This document shows positions 16,788 to 26,282 of a stretch of DNA of 64,000 nt, in pieces; the first letter of the stretch is position 1; each line of letters opens with the position of its first letter. Origin of the DNA: Polyangiaceae bacterium. GTDB taxonomy: Bacteria > Myxococcota_A > Polyangia > Polyangiales > Polyangiaceae. A program made the position numbers and the translations under genes. The notes below the pieces were generated by a model, which saw only the letters and a list, made by a program, of their open reading frames with translations, did not search any database and was not told where the DNA came from. Location of the stretch: assembly GCA_044376115.1 (NCBI GenBank), contig JBILLK010000013.1, positions 96,001-160,000 on the forward strand, read 5' to 3'.

Positions 16788-18341
16788 CTAAAGCGGCTCG
16801 GCCCAGCGCCAAGTGAGCGGTCCGGCGCGCAGGTCGGAGATGATGTACGTGCCGGGCGGTGGGGGCGCTGCGAGTACGTGGCCGCTGGCGATGACGCCGT
16901 AGACGGGGGCGCGGCCGGTGGTGCCGAGGACGACGCCAGCGTCGAGGTCGACCACGAGCGGCTGGACGAAGGCGACGCGTCCCTCGGCGAACATCGTCGG
17001 GTACTTCTCGATTTCGCCGGGTAGCCGGTGCTCGGAGGCATCGTCGAAGTCGGTGAGATAGAGCGCGGCCTCGCGGCGCAGGAGCATGCGTCGACCGCGC
17101 AGCAGCACGATGTCGTCGCTGTGGCTGATGCGCGCGAAGGTGAGCTCGCGCACGCGCGCCCGCTCGAGGTCGATCACGACCTCGCGTCCGCCGCTCGCGC
17201 GCACGCTGTGGAGCGGCCCGTCGACCGCGTAAGCGGGGTCGGAGTCGAAGGGGTGGACGGTCACGCCGAGATCGATGTGCTCGCCGTCGCGGTGCAGCTC
17301 GAGGCGCGCCACTTCGTTGCTCTCGCGGCACGCGACGAGCACGGCGCCGCTCGCTTGGTGGGTGGCGCCCACGCGGCCCTTGCAGGTCGCCGGGGAGAGC
17401 TCCGCGGTCGAGCCGTCGGCGCGCTCGAGCAGCAGGGCGCCGCTCGAATCGCGGCGTACGAGGCTTGCGCCCATCACGGCGACGAGGTCGGGCACCTCGC
17501 GCGGCTCGCCGCCCGCGAGTCGCGCGAGGCGGACCTGGACAGCGTCCCCCGAGCCGCCACCGAAGTACGAGGCCGAGCGGGCCGGACCACGGCACGGGCC
17601 CTGCGCGAGGTTGGTCCAGCCGCGGCTAGCCGCGAGCACGCCATCGCGGTTGGTGTCCTGCGGGACGGTGCGCAACGCGACGAAATCGCCCTCGAACGAC
17701 GCCGCTACCAGCTTGCCGGGGCCAGGGTCGAGGCGGCGCTCCTCGCCCGTCGCGAGCGCGCGCACGACGACGGTGGGCCGCTCGCCCGGCGTTGCGTAGA
17801 GCATCCGGCCGGCGGCATCGAAATCGACGGGGCGCGTCGAGGCGGCCAAGAGCAGGCTGCGCCGGCCGCCTTCGGTATCGACCAGCTGCACCGACGAGCT
17901 TCGAACCACGACCCAACGGCCGGTGGGATCCGCGCCGAGCAACGCTTCGACGCGCTCGCTCGGACCTTCGCCGACCTGCAAGCGGAGCTCGACGGCGTCG
18001 CCCATGAGCTCTCCGTGCATACCGATTGGTACGCGGATCGTGCCGCTGCCGTCGGTGTCGCGAGGCGCGGTGCAGTAAGCCACCCAGCGGCCCGTCGCGC
18101 CGCTGTGGACGGCCCCGATCGGCACCGCCTCGCCAAGCAGCCGCGCGACCGTGGGCGGCGTCGGCGCGAGCGCAGCGACCGGGCTCGCGGCGTCAGAGGG
18201 CTCGCCCGCCACCGCGGGCACAGCGCTCGCCGACGGGCCCGCGGACGCCGACACGACAGCCGACGTCCCGCTGGGCGCGCTGGGAGAGGCCGCTGCGCAC
18301 GACAAAAGCAAAAGCGAGACCGAGACAAGGAGCGAACGCAC
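16788..18341 (-). CDS. Lipoprotein, probable TolB-like beta-propeller
   Basis: GTG start VRSLLVSVSLLLLS-C; DPTGRWVVV and SFEGDFVAL blade-like motifs; DTDGSG and DTNRDG Ca-binding-like loops. Confidence 0.75.
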   Translation of the reverse strand: MRSLLVSVSLLLLSCAAASPSAPSGTSAVVSASAGPSASAVPAVAGEPSDAASPVAALAPTPPTVARLLGEAVPIGAVHSGATGRWVAYCTAPRDTDGSGTIRVPIGMHGELMGDAVELRLQVGEGPSERVEALLGADPTGRWVVVRSSSVQLVDTEGGRRSLLLAASTRPVDFDAAGRMLYATPGERPTVVVRALATGEERRLDPGPGKLVAASFEGDFVALRTVPQDTNRDGVLAASRGWTNLAQGPCRGPARSASYFGGGSGDAVQVRLARLAGGEPREVPDLVAVMGASLVRRDSSGALLLERADGSTAELSPATCKGRVGATHQASGAVLVACRESNEVARLELHRDGEHIDLGVTVHPFDSDPAYAVDGPLHSVRASGGREVVIDLERARVRELTFARISHSDDIVLLRGRRMLLRREAALYLTDFDDASEHRLPGEIEKYPTMFAEGRVAFVQPLVVDLDAGVVLGTTGRAPVYGVIASGHVLAAPPPPGTYIISDLRAGPLTWRWAEPL

Positions 18342-18396
18342 GGCTGAGAGAGTCCCGCGCGCGGCAGAAGTTCCCTTCGCTCGAACCCTGTTGGCG

Positions 18397-19188
18397 TCAA
18401 CGAACCGCGACGGATCGCTCGGCGACGACGGCAACCGAGACTCCGTGGCTTTTCTCCTCCTCGTCGGCGTCACCGCGCTCCAACCAAGTAAAAGCCCGTA
18501 ACTTGTATTGGCCGGGCTGCAGGGGACCGGCCTCGACGCGTTTGCCATCGCGGTAGCGTTCCCGTCGCGCCTTCCAGGAGAACGGCGTCGTAAGCGAGCC
18601 TCCAGGCTCGAGAACGACGTCGATGACCGTCCCGCGCGAGCTGCACTCACTCAGTGTTTCGGCTCCATCTGTGCGCTCGTACTCAATCACCTCGCGACCC
18701 TTGCCATCAACGGCAGTTATCGAAGGTCCACAGGTAAGCCGCACCGTGAGCGCGACGTCGCCCTTGCTCGGGTTGACCAATTGAACCTCGAACTCCCCGA
18801 CCTCGCCCGCCTTCACCTCATCGGGCCCAGCGATCTCGGCCACGATCGCTTCTGGGAGGACGCTCCCTCGCTTGCTGTTTGCGCTCCGGCACTTCTCTTT
18901 GACCGCAGCCCACGAGAGCCGCCCACCTCGACACTCGGCCGACACCGCCAGTCCGAGCGCGGACGCTGAGGAGACGACTGGAGCCGGCGCGCTCGCCGAC
19001 GCGACCGTTGCTTCGGTCGCAGAAGGAGCCACTGTCGCGACTGCCGATAGCGTTACAGTCGCGACCGCCACTGGCTCACCTCGAGGCTCGCTCGGCTCTG
19101 TGCGGGAACAGGCCGTGAGCACGGTGAACCAGCCGAGGAGGATCTTCGAGACAAGGCCTAGCGACGAGCTGGAACGATGGCAAAGCAC
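18397..19188 (-). CDS. Hypothetical lipoprotein with Ig-like C-terminal domain
   Basis: LTA-C lipobox; FEVQLVNPS..LEPGGSLT..W..LQPGQYKLRA. Start uncertain. Confidence 0.7.
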   Translation of the reverse strand: MLCHRSSSSLGLVSKILLGWFTVLTACSRTEPSEPRGEPVAVATVTLSAVATVAPSATEATVASASAPAPVVSSASALGLAVSAECRGGRLSWAAVKEKCRSANSKRGSVLPEAIVAEIAGPDEVKAGEVGEFEVQLVNPSKGDVALTVRLTCGPSITAVDGKGREVIEYERTDGAETLSECSSRGTVIDVVLEPGGSLTTPFSWKARRERYRDGKRVEAGPLQPGQYKLRAFTWLERGDADEEEKSHGVSVAVVAERSVAVR

Positions 19189-19360
19189 GGCGGGAGCCTA
19201 CCCTGCCCCGTGAGCGCCCCGAAAGCTCGAACCATCCAGCTCACCCGCGCTGCACGCCTCGTTCGCCCCAGAACTCGATGGCCGCATTCTTTACCTCGAA
19301 GAGACGGCAGCCTTCGCCCCGAGCTCCTTTACATGCATATCTCCAAGCACAACGACTAGG

Positions 19361-21415
19361 TCACGCAAATAGTCGCGGGACCGAGACCATGGATCGGAAG
19401 AGCGCGTCACTGTGATGAGCCTCAACGGGGGTCCGCTTCAAGTCATAGCGATCCCACCCCGTCCGACCTTGGTATCCACCGCCATAGGAGTAGGCGTACT
19501 CAATGCCTGCGTCTGTAAGAGCGATACGGGTTGAGCTGTTGAACGAATGCGGCGTCCCATACGGGTACGAGAATGCCCTGACAGGGGCTCCGATCTCGGC
19601 TTCAATCCGCTGACACGACCCTTTGATTTCAACGAGCTGTTCTGACTCACTGAAGCGAGACAGTTCTATGTGGGTCAAGGTATGCCCACCAATGGTCATG
19701 CCACCTCGATGCAACGTACGAATCATATCCCAGCTCATCCACAAGCTGGCGCCGTCGACCGGAGTACATCGTTTGGACGAGATAGCTTGCGACAGCTCAT
19801 CCAGGAAGCTTGCACGCTCGCTCTCCCCTATCCGGTCATAGAGAGCGTTCAGCCGTCGCGCGGCTGCCAACTTCTGTTGGGCATCGCCAAGACTCAACTC
19901 GAGTCCACGAAAGGTAGCTCGATTGCGGGTTTGAGCATGGTTCACCATCCAAGCGAGCTCGTCCCACCAAGGCACGCGGGCCTTGTCAATGAAACCCGTG
20001 CAGATAAAAAACGTCGCGCTCAGCCCCAAGTCAGTAAGCACCGGGAAAGCCAGATCATGGTTATCCCGATAGCCATCATCAAAGGTGATTTGGACATGGC
20101 GTCCGCGCTTGTTGGCAACGCTGGCCACCTCGTCAAAACCGACGACATCAAAGTTGGCTTTCAGAAACTTGAGCTGATCGCGAAATCCCTCCTGCGTGGT
20201 GCTGAATAGGTCTTTATCCCAAACCGTGGTGGGCCACGGCCCAACTCGGTGATAGTTGAGCACCAATAAGCCCTGCCAGGTCGGGGCCGACCTCAGTAAG
20301 GTCCCAGCTCCAGTCCGCTCCAGAATCGACGCCAGTAGTTCCTTTTTTCTCATCTCGGAAACGGGCTTGGCGTGTTGCGATATTTGGGGCGTTGCACTGA
20401 TCTGGGAGCAATCGTTATCACTGTCCCCGGTCATGACAAACCAATCGGGTTGCTTCGCGTCGCGGGGACCTGCGTGCATATACGATCGAAAGCGGAATTG
20501 CCCTACGTAAGGTCTGAAGCCGAACTGTCGCAGACACTTTTGCAGTGCGGGCAAACTCGTTTCGCAACGGATCCGGCGGGAACCAGAGTCGATCAGTTTA
20601 CGGACGGCCGGGTCGAGCAAAGCGTTCATGACCGTAACGTTTTCCCGATCACCCACGTAGTCGACAATCACAGCCTCGATGTCGTCGTGCCGAATCACCA
20701 AAAGGGCCTCTAACTGGCCACTCTTGAACGCCTCGAACACTTCATAGCGAAAGCTCGGGTGATCGCGGTATCTCCAATTCAAATACGCCGTGTCACGGAT
20801 GACCATGCCGACGTCGTCCGCAATGCCCCGTTTCCACAGATAGTCGTGCGAAGTATCAAAGCTGGCGGGACGACCAGTTACAGTGATCACGGGATCTGTC
20901 GGGCGTGCAGGCGCACTCGTCACTCGCAACATGGTGGAGGCAAGGTTCTTGATAGTCCCTTTGGCACCGGGCTCATTGTTTGAGTAGTAAAGCCCCATCA
21001 CGCCATCAAACGGAGCCCATCCCACTTTCGCAAGAATGGGGTCACTCATGTCGCTGATACCGTAACCAAGCGCGAGGGGTGCCTCCTGCGAAACCCGTTG
21101 CAACAAGCCCTTGCCAATACCCAAGCCGCGAAACCGCTCCGACACCAGCGTGTCACAACTCCAGATTGCGGGGACTTCCTCACCTCGAATCCAAGTCCGA
21201 ACGGGCATCATCCCATTCACTCCGGCGACATCGCCGTTCACCGTCGCTAACCAAAACGACGGGCAGCCTTGAACCAAGACGTTGGCCTCCCCAAATTGCC
21301 AGTCAAAAACCGCCGAACGCAAACTGTCATCGATGCCCGGCGCGTTTTGTCGCAACACCTCAAGAATTGCTGATTTGTCAGCTGGTTCGGATCGTCGAAA
21401 AACTACTTCGGTCAT
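19361..21415 (-). CDS. GNAT-family N-terminal region fused to a CE4/NodB polysaccharide deacetylase
   Basis: VSERFRGLGIGKGLL (GNAT motif A) and RDTAYLNWRY; LNYHRV, ITFDDGYRDNH, IGGHTLTH and FSYPYG (CE4). Visibly more AT-rich than the flanks. Confidence 0.85.
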   Translation of the reverse strand: MTEVVFRRSEPADKSAILEVLRQNAPGIDDSLRSAVFDWQFGEANVLVQGCPSFWLATVNGDVAGVNGMMPVRTWIRGEEVPAIWSCDTLVSERFRGLGIGKGLLQRVSQEAPLALGYGISDMSDPILAKVGWAPFDGVMGLYYSNNEPGAKGTIKNLASTMLRVTSAPARPTDPVITVTGRPASFDTSHDYLWKRGIADDVGMVIRDTAYLNWRYRDHPSFRYEVFEAFKSGQLEALLVIRHDDIEAVIVDYVGDRENVTVMNALLDPAVRKLIDSGSRRIRCETSLPALQKCLRQFGFRPYVGQFRFRSYMHAGPRDAKQPDWFVMTGDSDNDCSQISATPQISQHAKPVSEMRKKELLASILERTGAGTLLRSAPTWQGLLVLNYHRVGPWPTTVWDKDLFSTTQEGFRDQLKFLKANFDVVGFDEVASVANKRGRHVQITFDDGYRDNHDLAFPVLTDLGLSATFFICTGFIDKARVPWWDELAWMVNHAQTRNRATFRGLELSLGDAQQKLAAARRLNALYDRIGESERASFLDELSQAISSKRCTPVDGASLWMSWDMIRTLHRGGMTIGGHTLTHIELSRFSESEQLVEIKGSCQRIEAEIGAPVRAFSYPYGTPHSFNSSTRIALTDAGIEYAYSYGGGYQGRTGWDRYDLKRTPVEAHHSDALFRSMVSVPRLFA

Positions 21416-21619
21416 AGGGCGCTATCAAGCGGTCAATCGGCTGAGCGCTGTACTGAGCGGCAGCCAATCTGCCGGGAAGAACCTGGGTCCGTCGCCAACG
21501 GCAAGTCGACTCATGACACAGCTTTTGCAGCATTTCAAGCTGTAGCGGCGATGGCGAGACCGTCAGTTTGCTCCACGATGAGGGCGCGCGCGCGTTGGTT
21601 TGGGCGGTAGTCAAGAGCC

Positions 21620-21975
21620 GAAACGTGAGTGGATGGATCTCAGCGACCGCCTTGAGCCTGCTTAAGCGCGACTCCCAGTGCAAGGCAATCGCCTCCAGGG
21701 ACGCGGCCGCTTCACGTGGCCGCTCGACACGTGCCTGGTAGTGGACGTCTGAGGGGTCCACGTGCCGCCTCACCACGCGCGCGTCGAGCAGCACGTTCAG
21801 ATGCTTGGTGATCGCCTGCGCGGGCCGCACAGCGGCCTGTCGGGTAATGGGAAGCAGGCGCGCGAGCTCCGATGCCGAAGCGGAACCGCGCTGCGCAATC
21901 GTAGTAACCAACGGCAAGCGGCTCGGATCACTCAGCGCTGCAAACAGGCGCGCATCGGCCGCGACGCCCTCACGC
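21620..21975 (-). pseudogene. Degenerate ArsR/SmtB-family HTH regulator
   Basis: ADARLFAALSDPSRLPLV...SASELARLLPITRQA[AVRPAQA]ITKHLNVL...WESRLSRLK; insertion in the recognition helix; no proper start or stop. Confidence 0.65.
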
Positions 21976-22271
21976 GTCGGAATGGGCCTTGAGGCTCGGA
22001 TACCCGCCGCGCCAACCGTCGAGACTGATAGGCGCTTTAGGTGTACCTCCCTCGTCCGCCGGAATCAGCGTGGAGAAGCCGCTAGCGAGTCGTGCTTAGC
22101 AGCTTATCCGCCGGATAAGCCGCTTACCGGAGTGCTCGGCTGTGGTCGCCTCAATACCGCTACATAGCAATGCTGGCCCCTCACCTCGCTCCCGAAGAGG
22201 GCACGAGTCATTCTGTTTGCGCCGCTGCGCGCCCATCCACGGCCCCGAACGGGGCGTGCTATCCACGCCGC

Positions 22272-22744
22272 ATGCGCAGCTCCCAGATCTTCGCCCTCGC
22301 CGGGTCGGTATGGTTCATCGCGGTCGCAACGCTCGCTTGTGGCAACGCCCCCTCGCATGCCCGGCGCGGGCCCACACGTCTCGCGCGCGCATTCGGCGCC
22401 CGGCGTCGCACTCGGGACCGCGGCAGCCGGCCGTGGCCTGCCCCGACGGCTCGACCGGCGGCAACACAGGGCGCTGCATCGTGCAAGCAGGCGGCGGCTG
22501 CGGCTGGGAGATCCGAGAGTGCCCGAGCGCGGGTGCGCCGGCTCCCGGCGGCGAGTGCGTGCGCGGCGGGTGCAGCGGCACGCTCTGCAGCGAGCCCGGT
22601 AACGACATGATGACCACCTGCGAGTGGAAGCCCGAGTACGCCTGCTACCAGAAGGCCGAGTGCAAACGGCAAGTGGGCGGCACCTGCGGCTGGACGAAGA
22701 CGCCCGAGCTCGACGCTTGCGTGGCGAACCCGCCGAAGGAGTGA
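22272..22744 (+). pseudogene. Second copy of the Cys-rich lipoprotein gene, broken by an internal ~73-bp inversion and a 1-nt loss
   Basis: The 5' part (MRSSQIFALAGSVWF..) and 3' part (ACPDGST..NPPKE) are in different frames; 22355-22427 reads AAVPSATPGAECARETCGPAPGM on the minus strand. Confidence 0.9.
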
Positions 22745-23145
22745 CCGCGGCGAGAGGCCAGCGAAGCCAACCCGGCGCGCACACTGCGCAGCGGTTCGCT
22801 AGCTACTCAGCGTTTGCAGCCGTCCAATAACGTGCATTCGCCCGGAACGACCGCGGGATATGGGACACCGCGCCCCCGTGGCGCTCGAACGAACGCAAAG
22901 GGGCTATCGATCAAGTTTGCGGAAGTACGCTTCGTAGTACTCGGCGTCGGTAAGCTGAGTCGGCCCGATGGTGGTATTCGCCGGTAGCCCGACGAGCTCG
23001 CCGGAATACCGCTTACGGTGACGAGCTTATGGCAAGCGCGGTCCCCAAGCGTATCGGCGCTCAGCGGCCGGCGGAAGAGAGTGAACCGAGCTCTCGCTCA
23101 CTCGCGTAGTTGCCTATTCGAACGCGCGCCTCAAACCACCTTCGA

Positions 23146-23246
23146 GGGATCGACCCTCGAACTGGACGTTTTGTTGAGAACGGGTGCCGATCGCCCAGGG
23201 ATGGGCGCCTGAATTCAACAAAACGTCCAATTCGAGGTCCCATCCC
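23146..23246 (+). repeat. Family C element
   Basis: gggatcgaccctcgaactggacgttttgttga...tcaacaaaacgtccaattcgaggtcccatccc. Confidence 0.95.
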
Positions 23247-23342
23247 AAGGTCCTGGCCAAGCGTATACAGCGCGGTCCTGGCGACGCTTTCCACGCCCAC
23301 GTCGAGGGCTGCCAGCTACTCCGTGCAGTTCCGTCTGCGGCA

Positions 23343-23978
23343 TCAGCGATAGGTCTGGCAGTTGTTGATGCAATTGGCGCGCGGTATCCCCGTTAGCGGC
23401 GCGCATTGCATGGTGCAGGCGTCATAGCGGTTCTGGCGCTCGCGCGCGGCAGCCTCGGCCTTCGCGGCGCGCTCCTCGGCGGTGCTCGCGCCGACGACGC
23501 GACCGTTCTTGATCGTGAGGTTCGCCTCGGCTGGGTACGTCTTGCCGCCGATGTCGTGCTCGTTGGCGACGTTCGCCCAGACGATCTTGCCCTCACGAAA
23601 GCGGACCTTGTCCCCCGCAAGGAGAGCCAGCCCGTCGTATTCGTGGTCTTCGCCGAGGACGGCGTGCTCCATCTCCAAGTGCCCGCCCCACGCCGTGAAG
23701 ACCAGCTCCGATGCGGCTGGGAAGGTGAGGCCCTCGAGCACGGTCTTCTGCGACAGGGTGATCGACGCGATGCGGTCGTTCTTGAACTTCACCTGCGACC
23801 CGGCGGCCAGCGTAAGCCCCGGGATCGGCGTGGCAGCTGTCGTGAGCTCGATGCGGTCGCGGTCGAGCGCCTTGAAGCTCGTCTCGGGAAAGAGCTGGCG
23901 ATCGCCCATGCAGCCCGGCAGCAGCGTAAACGAACCGAGCAGGAGCAGGGCGGCGAGAAACGTCTTCGTAGTGTGCAT
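23343..23978 (-). CDS. Lipoprotein with internal beta-type repeats and a C-terminal 4-Cys helical motif (copy 1)
   Basis: MHTTKTFLAALLLLGSFTLLPG-C; repeats GLTLAAGSQVKF / GLTFPAASELVF / GLALLAGDKVRF / GKTYPAEANLTI. Confidence 0.85.
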   Translation of the reverse strand: MHTTKTFLAALLLLGSFTLLPGCMGDRQLFPETSFKALDRDRIELTTAATPIPGLTLAAGSQVKFKNDRIASITLSQKTVLEGLTFPAASELVFTAWGGHLEMEHAVLGEDHEYDGLALLAGDKVRFREGKIVWANVANEHDIGGKTYPAEANLTIKNGRVVGASTAEERAAKAEAAARERQNRYDACTMQCAPLTGIPRANCINNCQTYR

Positions 23979-24161
23979 GGCGCGGCCCATCGCAAGCGAC
24001 GTGCCGCTGGATTCACTGCGGTCTTCAGCAGTACTTGCGCTCGGCCGTGTCCTCGAGGACTCGGCCCGAAGGGGGACATCGTGTCCTCGGCGCCCCGCTG
24101 CGAATGCTCGGACAGAGCAGTGCCCTCGCGGCTGCGCCGCTGGGCTCGGCTGCCCGCCGTG

Positions 24162-26282
24162 ATGCGTTCGCTCCTCCTGGTCTCCCTGGCGACGATGGTT
24201 GGCTGTAGCGCTGGGCCTCCTGCGGCGGACCGGCCTGCTGCGGGCTCCGGTTCGGCGCTGACGGTCTCGTCGTCGGCGCCGCTCCTGGTCGGTGAAGCGC
24301 CGGAGGACGTGGACGAGGACACGAGCTACCGCGCGCCGCGCGCCGTGCTCGAGCAGAACCGCAAGCACGAGGCGTACGGCGAGCCGCTGCCTGCGGGCGC
24401 CGTCGCGCGTCTCGGTACCAAGAAGCTTTTCTCCGGCTTCACGGTCGTCGTCGCTGCGGCGGACGCCACCTTCGTCAGCGCGGCGAGCTACTACGTGGGG
24501 CTGCAGAAGTGGGATCCAAAGACAGGCGCGCTGCTCGCGACCAAGCCGCTGAAGCACGAGAGCTACTTCAATGTAGCGGCGACGACCGCCGACCAAAAGC
24601 TCGGGGCCTTCGCTGAATACAAGCAGATCGCTCTCGTGGATCTCGTGACCCTGGAGACGAAGCGAGTGATCGAGGTGTTCGAGGAGCGAAGCGCAGCCCG
24701 GATCCACGACGTCGCGTTCCTCGACGACGGCAAGCTGGTGGTCGCGGCTTGCTCGAAGGACGCATCGGAGGCCCTGCGCATCTTCGACCAGCAGGGTTCA
24801 CTGGTGAGGTCCTTCTCGGTACCGCGTCCCAAAGAGAGCTACGAGGAAGCCTGTGCTGGTCCCATCGCGATCGCGAAAAGACGCATGATCGTCGGGATCA
24901 ACAGGGACGCGCAGCTCATGTCGATCGACGCTGGAGACGTGCAGGGCACGTTCGAGGCCGGCGTCGCGGTCGAGGCCGTGGCCTTCTCTCCCGATGGCTC
25001 GCGGTTCCTCGTCGGTGGTTACGGCGACGCGGGGAACGCCTTCGATACGAAGACGCGCAAGGCCGTCCGCTCGTACGGCTTCTTCGCGCAAAGTGACGGC
25101 GAAGTGCGCGGCGTCGCGTTCTCACCCGACGGCGCATCCGTGGCCGTGTCGGCCTCGTCGGGCGTGCGCGTTTATGAGAGCGCGACCGGCCTGGAGCTCG
25201 CGCGCCTCGGCCAGGTACATGGCGCGGTCAATGCTCAGCACGCGCTGGCGACGATCGGAAACATCCTCGCCTTCCCAATGGGCGGACCGGACCTCATCGG
25301 CCGCTTCGACTGGACGACGGGAGAGCAGCTCACGCCGCACGATCTCGGGCGCCACGATAAGGAGCTGACCGAGGGCGTCCTTACGGCGGATGGCGCGGCG
25401 ATCACGGCGAGCCGGGATGGGACGATTCGCCGCTGGGATGCTGTGACGGGCGCACCGGTCGCGACCTTATCCCACGCGTTCCAGCAGGCTCCGATCGCCC
25501 TCGCGAAGGACGGGGCGCTGCTGTCACTAACGGCATCGAAGCGCGATGAAACAGGCTATCCGAGGCCTCGGTGCGCGATCACCGTGCATGACCCTGCGAC
25601 GCTCGCTGTGCGTGAAGAGCTGGTCTTGCGTGAGCCCAAGAGCCGCGAGGATTGCTTTCCAAGCCGGCTGCTGCTCTCGCCCGACGGTACCATCGCCTAT
25701 GCGCGATTCAGGACACGCTTGATCGCGGCCGAGCTCGCGACCAAGAAGGTCCTCGCTGACGTCGAGCTTCCAGACTACTTCGGCGGCGCGGTCGCGATCC
25801 TATCGGACGGGTCGGTTGCAGCGCGGGACGAGGGCCGCTGGTCAATACGGGACGCCCGCACCCTGGCGAAGCAGCGTGCTACCGACCTCATATTCGAGAG
25901 CCTCGTTGCGTCACCCAAGGGCTTCGTGGCCGCTTCACTGGCGCGGGAATCGGAGAGCCAATTGGTGCTCGTGAGCCTCGAGAGTGGCAAGGAGCTCGCG
26001 CGGGTCGAGGCTCCCAAGGGCCTGCGCTTTACCTCGGCGATGACGTTCTCCTCGGACGGTGGCTTGCTCTACGTGGGAGTCACGAGCGATGGTCGCTCAG
26101 GTGTCGCCGCGATCACGGTGAAGGGCGGCAAGCATTTGGCTGTGCTCGACAAGCTCCACGAGCAAGCGCACCCGATGTCGCGCTTTCTTTCGCTGAGCCC
26201 GGACGGTAAGCGGCTGCTCGAAGGCAATCAGGATCAGACCGGGCTCGTGCTCGATACCGCCAAACTCCAAGGAGGAAACTGA
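24162..26282 (+). CDS. WD40-repeat lipoprotein
   Basis: MVG-C lipobox; YGEPLPAGAVARLGT; VAFSPDG twice; TASRDGTIRRWD. Start moved to the ATG at 24162. Confidence 0.9.
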   Translation: MRSLLLVSLATMVGCSAGPPAADRPAAGSGSALTVSSSAPLLVGEAPEDVDEDTSYRAPRAVLEQNRKHEAYGEPLPAGAVARLGTKKLFSGFTVVVAAADATFVSAASYYVGLQKWDPKTGALLATKPLKHESYFNVAATTADQKLGAFAEYKQIALVDLVTLETKRVIEVFEERSAARIHDVAFLDDGKLVVAACSKDASEALRIFDQQGSLVRSFSVPRPKESYEEACAGPIAIAKRRMIVGINRDAQLMSIDAGDVQGTFEAGVAVEAVAFSPDGSRFLVGGYGDAGNAFDTKTRKAVRSYGFFAQSDGEVRGVAFSPDGASVAVSASSGVRVYESATGLELARLGQVHGAVNAQHALATIGNILAFPMGGPDLIGRFDWTTGEQLTPHDLGRHDKELTEGVLTADGAAITASRDGTIRRWDAVTGAPVATLSHAFQQAPIALAKDGALLSLTASKRDETGYPRPRCAITVHDPATLAVREELVLREPKSREDCFPSRLLLSPDGTIAYARFRTRLIAAELATKKVLADVELPDYFGGAVAILSDGSVAARDEGRWSIRDARTLAKQRATDLIFESLVASPKGFVAASLARESESQLVLVSLESGKELARVEAPKGLRFTSAMTFSSDGGLLYVGVTSDGRSGVAAITVKGGKHLAVLDKLHEQAHPMSRFLSLSPDGKRLLEGNQDQTGLVLDTAKLQGGN

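Noticed and set aside
22355..22427. Recombinase-driven phase-variable switch
   Set aside because: Only 4 bp of inverted homology, a base lost at the junction, and no invertase nearby.
23406..24161. First 252 codons of the 958-aa ORF, and the 454-aa version of the opposite-strand ORF
   Set aside because: Each is the antisense shadow of the other gene; signal peptides define starts at 24162 and 23978.
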